A stretch of DNA of 49,216 bases, counting the filler, from Sphacelaria rigidula (taxonomy: Eukaryota), in the NCBI GenBank assembly GCA_964200075.2. It is 2 parts of 2 records of this genome, joined end to end, with 100 filler letters (N's around TTAATTAATTAA, not from the genome) between each part and the next. Parts side by side here need not be neighbours in the genome. Positions count along the whole stretch, not along the records: positions 24,675 to 49,216 come from CAXNAA020000198.1; 1 more part is not named here. The stretch is one strand, 5' to 3'. A program made the translations under genes and the position numbers. The notes beneath the pieces are model-generated. The model was not told the DNA's origin, searched no databases, and worked only from the letters and a program-made list of their open reading frames with translations. Shown piece after piece: positions 32,301-42,700 of the stretch (position 1 is its first letter; each line of letters opens with the position of its first letter).

Positions 32301-35300
32301 CAATTACTCGACCCTGCGCAGTCGAGTTCACCGGACCTGGAAGACAAATTACATTTAGTTGAATAAATACTTGTCCTCAGTGTGGACGACCACATTCGGA
32401 TTCTTACGGGTCTATTAGTCCCAGGTGCCCGCCAGCGTGCGCGGGACGCGTTTCCGTCGGCGCTCATTTTAGCTCGGTCGACGTACACGTTACCCAGGAA
32501 ACCGTATGTATCCCCCTCACTTGAGAGTTCTCGGTATACGTTGGATTGGGGTTAGAGTAGACTTAGGGTTAGGATCATGAATGGACAAAAACAGAGTGCG
32601 TTCAACAATGGAATTTGTCGACCAGCTCGAGCAAGGGCATACCCTACCAATGGAGGGCATGGTACCTCTCTCCGCGTATATACTGCAGAACGCAGGAAGA
32701 CAGCGTGGGAATCAATACACATGGTGTTGTTTTCCAGTTTGGGCGCTTTTTTCTCAAAGTTTTGGTGCTCGAAACGCCAACTACTCGCCTCGGTCTTGTA
32801 ATATGAAATGACTAATTTTTTGTTTCATTGTTTGGTTGATCGGTTGATTGTCGCACACGGACTAATGCGCTACGAATCAAGCCGTGGCTAGGCGTACCCG
32901 GGAGAGACCGAACTGGTGACATTCCCCGAAGAAATCTCAGGAAAACGGCCGAAATGAGGGGCGGAAGGGAAAAAACAAGTAGATGGAACTGAGGGGTGTA
33001 CTCATGATCTTGCGTGCCCTAGTCATCAGACCATTGACCTCGCATCCCTACGAAACCGGGACGGAGCACGACGGTTTTTCGTCGGACCAGGCTCGCAACT
33101 AATCGCCGAGCGCGAAGCGCCGGGATGTGTTCGGCGAGTCGCACGAAGGGTAAGCTGGATCTCACTAAGATTATTCGGCCTGAATCATACTAATTATTTT
33201 GCGTATGGATGACAGCCTCGAACGAGTCGTCGCATTTTCTGGTATTGCCACCTTCAGAGACAGCCAAAGATTGCACATTGCTACATGACTGTCTCACCAT
33301 ATAAAAATTTACGTAGTACGGTCATCCCCATTGTGCGGACTTCAGGTTCTCTACCCCACACAATGTGATCTCGCTCGACCACCACCATGGTCACCGCAAA
33401 GAAAAAACGGGAGCCTGTTAGCCTAGCTGACGCAGTGAGTGGCGTATTCTACAGCATCGTTGCCATCCGACGCCAACCCTTAAAAGGGGGAAAAATAGGG
33501 GGGGAAACGCCAGGCTTGAACCCAGATCATATTCAAAATTCTGATTAAAAAAGTATACCACATTCGAATTTCATTCAGTGCATCTGTAGTCGAAAGGCAT
33601 GAAGAAGTTACCCGAAATGGGCATAGACTCTTGCAAGCGTCGGACGAATAATCGCCGGTTCGAATCACTGAATTTACGATTTCCGAGGCCTGATTAACCG
33701 AAAGAGAGGATAAACTGGATTGCAAAACAGAACATTCCCAACGCAATTTTTGCGGTACTTTACGTACCTGGGGTGCAACGCTGAAAACCAAGCCCAAGGA
33801 TTGATTTGTACGCTACGAATCGAATACATTGAAAGCAGGTAACTTTCAGATGAATCATTGCTCGTTCGATTCTTAAACTCTTGAAATAGGGGCTATTTCG
33901 GACAAAAAGCTTTTCTTTCGCGGCGTGCGTTCGGATGTTGAAAAAGTCAGCGACTCGCCCCTAGCGTCTCGGTTATGTTCGGACGATCATGTAGGATTGC
34001 ATTTATTCCGCGAGAAAAAGTGAAAGCTGAGACATGCCTTAAAAAGCGTGTCCGTAACATGGTACCGCTGTTGCTTCCATGAGACAGAGAAATCACGTAC
34101 AGTACTAAACTCGTGCTTCAAACAGTTATCACGTGCTGAAGCGGCGTTCCCGCCAAAAAGTCACGTGTGGTAAGTATACTCCCATTAAAAAAAAATATAT
34201 TGTACCCTGTTGCAAAAACGTCAACCCCTCACCGTGCGAAACCGCGTCGGACGAGCAGGCAGCCACCCCCTTCGCCCGCCCTCCCGGTGGGAGATGGAGA
34301 TCATCGATGCCAACTCCCCGTGCCCATCTCCGCATCCAGCCGCGTCTCTCCAGTAGTGATCGGCGAAATCGAGCATGCCTTTCCCATTTCGTCCACAGGC
34401 ACGGGCCAACGAAAGCAGAAGCGACGCAAGCCTGGGCACCAGCGGCGTGGTTAGACGAGAGGTCTTCATGTCCTCCAGGACCAGATGCAACGCGTCCAGC
34501 ACGGCCCCAATTTCAGCACGAAACACGACTCTCTGCGTTTGCAGGGCCGGAGGCACCGCCGACGTCGCTTGCGACTGGGATTTTGACCGCTCAGCTGCGA
34601 TTGGCGTCGCCGACTTGCTGTTGCTGCTGTTGTTATGTCGATTGGGAATACGGAGCCCCGACAGAAGCATTACGTTGTCACGGGCGTATTGCTCGTGAGA
34701 CGGAGCCGACAAAAACGCCTTCCAGGCGCTGCAACCGTCATCAATACCCTGGCTACCGTCGCTGCCACAGTTGTGACTATTCCCTACGGTTTCTCTGTAC
34801 TGACTCTCCTTAGACATAGAGTCGATGTCCTCTGCTTCAGCACGTTCGCGTCCTAACACTAGTTCTCGTAGTACCGAAACGAGCGCCGTCCAGTCCAGGT
34901 CTCCCCCTGTGCTACTGTTACCTCTCGGTCGTCGCTTGCCTTCAATCGTGGGGCTTCCCGACTCGTCTGCTCGGTTCTTGTAGCTAACTCCGTCCGTACA
35001 AGCACTTTTGCCGTTTGACAAGGTCTGCGCCACACCCACCACGTCTGCCCGCAAAGAAGCCGCCAAACCCGGCGTCAGCAGACAGTCCCACGCGCCAAGA
35101 CAGGCGGCCACAAGTGGAGAGGCTGGATCCAGCGAGAGCCGCACCCGTCTCCGCTTCCCCCCACGTGTTTCCAAGGTGAAGCAGGAGCCAACCGCGTCAG
35201 ACAGGGAGTCAATTTCATCGTCCTTGTGCAGCTCTCCTCCCGTTGCTACCGAGGAAACCGAGGGGGGGATGGTGACGTAAGACACAGGATTTTCGCCACG

Positions 35301-37478
35301 CTGAAGAATCAAGCGGAGGTCAGGCGTTAGGACTAGGATATTCGGGGCAATGGCGCCTCCTGGAAAGCCCTCTCCCTCCGCGCCAACCGTTGCGCAAAGT
35401 CCCACAGCCGCGCGGCAAGGAATCACGAATGCTTCCTTCACAACAATCGACCCGTTGTCGATCGTATTCAAGTCACCGTCCGCCAAGGCGGCGGCGGTTG
35501 TGGCTGTGTCGTTCACACAGATGGACAGCGCGCGCAGTCTCTCGCTCTGTGCCCCAACCAGACAGACGAGAAATTCCCGTTGAGAACCAGAACCAGCGTT
35601 TTGTGTGGCCGTGGACTGTTGACCCTCGCCCGGACTTCCAGCTGCCGCGCAGAATGCATGCTTCACAGCTGAGGAACAGTCTTCGGGTTCCCGCCACAGA
35701 AGCGACAGTCCGTGATGTGGGCGAATAGGCTGAGCCTCATCATCCTCCTCTTCTTCATCCTCTAGAATTGTGTTTATATCGCCCACGGTTCCTACTTCAC
35801 CCCCGCCAACATCTGCACCTCCTAGGAGGCGAGAAGTGTACGAGACATGGGAAGTTTCATCTCCGACCCCACGCACCCCACCACCGCCAAAACCGTCGCC
35901 ACGTGCTAAGATCGGCGCGGGTGCAATGCCCAGGGCAGAATGTCCAAGGCCCAGCGCATTCGCCAGGGCTTCGTTGCGCGTGTTGCCCGGAGCGATCCAA
36001 GAGATATTACTTCCCGTTGAGGTGCGACGCCCTGCACCGCCGGAGACCCGCCCGCGCCCCGTGCTGCCCCCGACCCGGGAGATGTTTCCGACGCTTAGCC
36101 TGTCTCTGGGAAGACGGCTGGCGCCGGCGCCACCCCCCAAGACGGAGTCGATCATGCTGAACGCCGTGACTGATGAAGAAGAATCCAGTGCCGAGACGCC
36201 AAGAAGGGTACTACTCAGGCCGCTCGATTCAACAGGCGCCGACATTGCTGACGATGCGCGCCAGGTGTCGTTACCGGACGATTTATGAATCAGTGGACCC
36301 AAAATAGATACGTCTGCTCCAGCTGCCACCGCCTGGGCCTCTCCCATCAGCTCCGCCTCCATCTCCGACTTTGGGCCTGATTGTTGCTCCTCTGGCGGTT
36401 CTGGCACTGGAAGCACAAGCCAAAGGGAATGCCGTCGTCGTCCGGCGTGGTATGTCAGAAGCAGGGATGAATCTGGGCCCATGCCATGGGCACCGCCGCC
36501 GCCGGCAAACACGACACGCTCTCCGACGTCGCACACAAATCGCTGGTGCTGGTCTTCCACTCCCAACTGCCGAGATTTGTTGTTGGGCCTTTCCTTGTCC
36601 TCGCTGTCGACGTTGAGCTCCGCTGCCAACGGGGGAAGGAGAGCCACAGGCCTGAGTTCGTCGAGCGGGTGAAGCAGGGTGAAGAGCGACGGCGTGTCGG
36701 CATCGGAGAACTCGACGTCTGAGCCTGGCCCGCCGAAAGACGGGAAATCGTCGCCGACGGGATTGCGCGACTCCCCCCTTGGCCCAGCAACTGTTCCAAG
36801 ATCATTGCTGAAATCATCACTGGCTTCACCAGAGAAACGCTGTACGAGCAAACCTTCCCCTAACGGCTGCAGCAGGCGCGCCTCGCAGGGCAAAGCGACA
36901 TCGTACGAGTCGCCGTTGGGATAATGCACTGTGACCAAGTCCGGGGAGCGTAATATGCACACCGACCACGGCCCTCTTCGCGGCTGCCGTCGTCGTCGCC
37001 GCCATCCCTGGCCTCCCTTCTTTTGCCTCTTCTCCTCCTGCTCCTTTGCTTGACACATATCCCCCTCGCCCCTCGTATTATCTCTGGTTGCATCGCTGCC
37101 ATCATGCCTAGAGCTCCATCCCACTAGCAATGTGGGGAACCTGCACCGTACAGCCTGGGAGATTGCACCATGACCGTTGCCACCAGCTAGGCCGTGCGAG
37201 CCCGGACCCAGCACTACCGATCCGAATGAGGTGTGGGTGATCTGGCCACCAAGTGTACACCAGACGGCAGCGGTGCCCGAGCGATCGATAAAGAGCTCTT
37301 CCTGTGCAGCTGGGTCGGCAGGTGAGCTGCCGCCGCCGGCCGTGCCTCCGCAGGAGTGCCCACCGTCTACGCTTGATAGCACCACCGTGGATTGTTGATG
37401 TGGTGATGGTTTGGGGTAGTGACCCAAGTCTTGGGCATTCACAGAGCGCAACGAGCGAGTAACCGCATTCTTGACCAT
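26123..37478 (-). CDS. APC1: Whole gene (3'-incomplete): anaphase-promoting complex subunit 1
   Basis: Exons 37478-34233, 30666-29224, 28732-28625 and 26316-26123 join in frame (about 1660 aa). APC1 motifs: LFTLLHPLDE, ALHLVLEDMK, LRFGRDRRVREACRLL, RTLAGPAGRGMLT, WAEFHNGVAAGLR, HGGLLMALGLQGHL, MLCLHVPSLLP, GTSHRLMTEFLLAEMG, DREGYALACGLSLGMINLG. Confidence 0.93.
26565..26659. repeat. Family G short copy
   Basis: Fixed start, about 77 bp, then G tract. Confidence 0.75.
26807..27066. mobile_element. hAT-type MITE family B, copy 2 (inverted)
   Basis: TIR CAAGGGTCAGACGAAT / ATTCGTCCGAACCGTG; flanks GAAACTAT and AAAACTAT (7/8). Confidence 0.8.
28625..28732 (-). CDS. APC1: APC1 exon 3
   Basis: CAG|MLCLHVPSLLPHPFAEMETSSVTQAAALAGVGLLYQ|GTAAC. 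Confidence 0.92.
29224..30666 (-). CDS. APC1: APC1 exon 2 (481 codons, into the PC-repeat region)
   Basis: CAG|VPCIRGWVRARM...WAEFHNGVAAGLR...RGSADLSTHK|GTGAT. Confidence 0.93.
31441..31774. repeat. Family G medium copy
   Basis: Fixed start, about 310 bp, then G tract. Confidence 0.85.
32991..33505. repeat. Family G long copy
   Basis: Fixed start, ends CGCCAACCCT plus A/G-rich tract. Confidence 0.85.
33634..33875. mobile_element. hAT-type MITE family B, copy 3
   Basis: Same body (GTACCTGGG.TGCAACGCTGAAAA..AAGGATTGAT); flanks GACTCTTG and AACTCTTG (7/8). Confidence 0.78.
34233..37478 (-). CDS. APC1: APC1 exon 1 (N-terminal and middle region, 1082 codons)
   Basis: Lies within the 1129-aa ORF; probable start MVKNAVTRSLRSVNAQDLGHYP (in-frame ATGs at 37508 and 37610 are alternatives); donor ACG|GTGAG. 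Confidence 0.85.
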
Positions 37479-37821
37479 TAAATCTCTGTTGATGGCGTCA
37501 TGCGACATGCTGTACTGCAGGTAACCAGCGAAAACGACAGCTTGTTTAAAATGTTGCGTGCATGGTTTGGTCGCAATCCCTTGTGCCACGCATTTTCTTA
37601 GGTCATGCATGGATTATTTTTGGAATATGACCAAGGGTATGGTACACGCTGTGAACTGGAAGAGTAGTGAAATGTCGACGCTTCCATACATGCTGGACAC
37701 TGCTCTTGAAAGTGCGTTTGTGCAACGGCGTAACGTAAAGCAGCGTGGAGGGGAGCGTACGGGGGGCACAAAGTGCGAGAATACTGGTCGGTTTGCTGGA
37801 CAGCCATTTTCTTTGGGATTG

Positions 37822-38074
37822 GACAATTTCTACGATAGCCTCTCCCCCCAAAAAGTGCATGGTTTTGGGAGGCAAAATCTTCACATAAATCGATTTGGGA
37901 AAAGCCGAGCACAACGAGAAGTTGGGAATTCCCACGCTTGGGTTCGTTTCAGCCAAAGTCGCCAATATGATGAGACACTTCATGCAGCCTGAACCCAAAC
38001 ATCAGGCGCTGTATGGCCATTTTTTTCGTGACACTTTTAAGCTGGTTTGGGGAGGGGCTATCGTAGAAAGTGTC
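37822..38074. mobile_element. MITE family A, copy 2
   Basis: TIR ..TTTCTACGATAGCC / GGCTATCGTAGAAAGTGTC; lies just upstream of APC1. Confidence 0.8.
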
Positions 38075-39667
38075 ATCGCAGGTAAGCAGAAAGTCAACAT
38101 CACGGTGCGAAGATGAGGTGGTGTGGTGAATATCGCCAGTGAGACTCGAGGAATCTTACTCTTCGATCCTCGAAAAATGTACGCCTACAGTGTTACTGTA
38201 AAAGTATAAACGCCCCACGCCCTACATGTCAAGCAAGTTGGGAGCGGCACCGAACGCTGGTGGGATGGGGTTGTGCATGACGTGAACCGCATCAAGTAAG
38301 CAAGTTTCGTCATTGATCTTGCTGCAGCGGAAGTGCATGTCCAAGAGCCGAGAAATTTCAGCCTGGCGAGGATGAGGTGACCATTTTGGTGCCGATCTTT
38401 TAGCAGCAGTCGGCAGGCAGCTATATGCGAGTTGTTGTGGAAGGTGGAGAAGATCACGTCGCTGGAAGGATAATCTTCCTAGAAGACGGAATTTTGGATG
38501 TCAGCGTTGAGCTTTCGGCAAACAAAAGCAGATAACGTTGCGCCCTATCAGTCTTGACACGAAGGCAATCGATTGCTCGAAGAGAACGAAACGTACAACG
38601 GTGTGGAGTAGTCCGGCGCCAGGTACGCCACACTTGATGCGTAAATGTGTCGAGTCAACAGTCAAACCTGTATTTAGCTTACATGGCTGACTCCGTGCTG
38701 ATTCTCCACCTGCATTTGACGAACCTATAATATGTCATATACAACAGTCGTCCTGTTGCGCAAGTAGTGTCATGCACAGGTAACAACATTTTCGTGAAAT
38801 TGAGAGTAGAGCGCCGGTTGAGAGTGGCTCTGATCATTCGCTTTAACTTCGCCATTTTTTCCATTCCGTGTGTGCTTTTCTTGGTCTCCAATGCTGGCGT
38901 GTGCTTACAGCTACACGTCGATATCCTACTCAGGGATATCAAGGGCCTCAGTGGGAAGCTACTACAGAAAGCATATCGGGCCTCGTGGAGGGGCATTTCG
39001 GAGCTGAAACGATTCATGCACTAATTGAGCGCTTTTCACTCTCAATCGTATCCTCTACTTTCAATCTCACAAAAATACTGCTGGTGTGAACATAACGCTA
39101 CAACAGGAACCCCGAAGACAGACAAAGTCACAGACGTCCCCACAGGATCCTTAGTACATACATCCCCATGAGGAGATCCGCCACCACGGTACTGTACAAA
39201 GCAGTCCGACGTATGAGGACATGATGTGTACGATGCTGAATGTGCCTAAGAAACCGGAGCTCGATAGAGAAACCTCAAGCGGGAGTGTTGTGCATACGCT
39301 CATCATGTACTGACCTGCTGACCTCAACGACTACCTATCTCTTTCGTACACTCAGACAGGAACACCACCGACCGTGCGACACAGACCCTGCTGCTGGATA
39401 GGATAGTATCGTCGACACCATCGGCTCACATTTCCCGTTGACATGACGTCATCTGATGGAGGAAATTCCACTTCCATCATGAGTCTAAACAACGGTGTGC
39501 CGACATATGGCAACGAAGAGAGCACAGCCGGGCCCGCTGGCCTCCTCTGTCTCCACTGAACATCGTGCTCTTCCGGATTGAGATCTGGGGGTTGAGCGAT
39601 TGTACTGCTGACGGTATGGTTGATCTCCTCAGCACTGACGAGGCTACGCCCACATACAAAAAAGGCA

Positions 39668-39751
39668 TCAGATCTTCGCCGCCGCTTCATCGAGAGCAGC
39701 TATCTCATCCGGAGAAAGTCGCCATCCAAGCGCGCCGCAGTTCTCAGCCGC
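39668..39751 (-). CDS. AKR terminal exon
   Basis: CAG|AAENCGALGWRLSPDEIAALDEAAAKI*. Confidence 0.92.
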   Translation of the reverse strand, partial: AAENCGALGWRLSPDEIAALDEAAAKI

Positions 39752-42700
39752 CTGTCATGATGGAAAACGTAAACAGTTACTTCTTTGGTTGGTCCGAGCA
39801 TCATCGCAATTATATATCATGCGTTACCCACCACTGGTGAAAATCAAGCTGAGGCAGCGAAATGAAACGTAAAACCGTTTTTCAACCCCATCCCTTCTTA
39901 TTTTTCTCTATTATTTCACGTACGACCCCCTTTCCTGAAGCAATGCTCCAGGGGGGCGGCAATTTCTTGTCTACTATGATTATTTCCACCGGGATCGGTT
40001 TTCTTGTACGAGTACTCCTTTGTTCCTTTCCCTTTCCCCTTTTTGATTTCTTCGTCTCCGGTTTGCTGTTTAGGTTACTCCATTCGTTCCATCTCTATTT
40101 TCCTCTTGTCATTCTTCCCCGTTGTTGAGTTTCCTCCAGCGGGTGTTTTCATTCTGTTTCTCCTTCGGTACATCTATCTTGTGGATAATGACCAAAGCTA
40201 GACCCTAAGATACTGTGTGACATTCAATCAATCAATCGAAAAACGCCATGAGCAATGCACTGCCAACCTGCCGAATGTTCTTCGCCCCCGGAATTGGAAT
40301 TGTGCCTTTCGTGATGCACCAGTTTAACGACACCTGGGCAGGAGTCTTGTCCCTGCACGAAAAAAGGCCAGGAAGGCATCGGATGGGGGTACCGGCGGGT
40401 AAGAAGACATCCTGATGTTTAATTCAGGGACCAGGGCATCCCCAGGGTGCGCCTACTTGAGCTCTGCACGACAATCCGCGGGCTGTATGGGTTGTCATGG
40501 AGTTGAGAATCTCGGACCATGCTCTATCGACGTGACCAGACGAACATACTCGTTGATACAACCTCTTGCAGGTACTGGAATGGTTGTTGTGACTTCATCT
40601 GTAGACGCAAGTGAACATTGGTGCGTTCGTCTTCGAGCAGGGGCGCGATCCGGACAACAAAGCACTTCACGCACCTGGGTGTTCCGATTTCCTTTAGTTT
40701 ATCGACCAGCGGCGCTACTTTCGGGAGTTGCTTCTTGAACAATCGCCGTCGAGGTCCGCTGGGAAATCATCGCACACAACACACAGGGGAATGAAAATGA
40801 GGTGGTGGCGCCGAAGGAAAGCGGGTATGCAGAGAGAGAGATAGTTCGATCGAATTGGCAAGGCAGTAGTCGGGCGTGTATGAGCAGTCTAATCGAACAC
40901 AACCTTCTTCATGAGCGCTGAGACAAAGGGCATCCGTTTCGAACACACGGGCTGGTTATTTTCCAAGCGTCCCGCGGATTCACCACGTCCTGCTATTTTT
41001 CTCGAAAGCATATCATTTTGGGGGCTTGGACGCGTGTGAGCCATGGTCAAGACTCCCAGTCTGCTCTGCATCTTGTCCCTGTGGCCGCTCGGGGAAAAAA
41101 CGTCTACAGACATTCCCTCTTGATGAGCACATGAAATACACACTCAGTCTGTTTTTCGGTCTATTTATACCTGGGCACGAAGTCCTTGGAATATTTTCCG
41201 GTCAGCAACCCTTGCCCCAGTGGACTGTAAGCGAGGACTTTCACATCCAACTCTTCGCAAAGCCGCAGCATGCCGCTTGTTTCCGGTTTTCTGTGTGCGG
41301 TCAGCGTGTCAGCAAAGGGAGGAGGGGGATTGAGCATTATTCTGGGCCGGGCACCATTGAGTTTTCGATTGCAATTCATTTACAACACGTTTCCTCGTGC
41401 CTAGCTGGGTCTTACAAAAGATGAACCCGCACAATTTTCCGTGCATCTTTGCCTCAACTAGCGTTTTCTGCATCACATCAGCTATTCATCGGAATTTCTT
41501 GGGAGAATCTTACGCGTGCGGGGAAATTTGCATGCGGAGAGTCTCTTGTCTTCGCCTTGGTACTACTGTACCAGGCGCGGAGAACAGAAGAATCGGAAAG
41601 GAGGCGACGAAGTCTGGACGTGCTATCAGGACGTGACTGACTGTACGGTGGTACTGTGGCTGAACTTCATCACTTCATGCGACAACAGCAGCACAGAGCA
41701 AGAGGCTAGCGATGTTGCACGTGACCATTGTGGCTTCGAGCTACATCCACAAATGCATCTCTGTACAGTAGAAGTCAACAGCGGAGCCACCGAACCCATC
41801 CCTTTTGTCCGCTCTGCACACATCCCAGTACAAGAAAAGTTGGCGGACTTCAGCCCAACAGCATGAAATCCAACGATATACGCGGTTACCAATCGGGAAG
41901 CGTAAAGGTTACGATTTTTAGGTAAAACGCTCCGGCGATAGTGTGTTGCTGGGTAATTTGGTGCTTTCATTTGTTTTCTCGTGGTTATGCATCCAAATCT
42001 CGGGATCTTCGTGTGCGAGAGGGTCTGAAAAGGGGACCAATCTCAGTGTCGCTCACAAAACTTACAATATCTCATGCTGGCTTGGTCATGATTATAAACC
42101 AGACATTTGCGCCAGCGCGCGCCACCCACCAATAACAACAACCTCATGCCGCGCTTCGAGACCAGGGTGGTGCTGGTGTACCCACGGCAGGCATCTTTCA
42201 GAGCTTGCAAATTCTCCGAGTGCAGAGATCGTGATTTTTGTTAAACGTTCACAGGGGGGGGGGGGATTGCTCATCCCCTCCAAACCAAGATGTGATGGAG
42301 TACTCTACCGTCTTTCCCTCCAAGGGCGGATTCTCGAGGAGATTCGACGGTGTGTTTGTTGTCACGCAGCACTACTCATCATCGCAATAACGTATGTTCG
42401 ATTGCACGACGTTGAAGGCCATCCGACCAACACCATACCGCGTTCTATGATATCCATGATTGCGCCACATCTTTTCACAGCGAACAGAACAGTAAAAGCT
42501 AGTTTCTTGTTTCTCGGCCTCCGGGTAAGTAGTATCGCAAATGTTCGCGCCAATAAACTGCCTAGATCTGCGTCCCTCTTCTGCAGTTGTCCTATCTACT
42601 TGGCGAGCAAAATACCGTAAATGCTGTGCGGGATGACGCTCGGACAAGCATGCGGATGGGGTTCTCATCTGCGAGCTCCTCCGGACAAAAATGGACCATT

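Noticed and set aside
32551..32575. Interstitial telomeric repeat
   Set aside because: Only two scattered GGGTTAG units are present, which is too short to support.
34133..37398. Multiple plus-strand ORFs antisense to APC1
   Set aside because: These are shadow ORFs of GC-rich coding sequence.
41943..42620. 225-aa plus-strand ORF in an AKR intron
   Set aside because: TTG start, no motif, random-looking composition, and it crosses a poly-G run.
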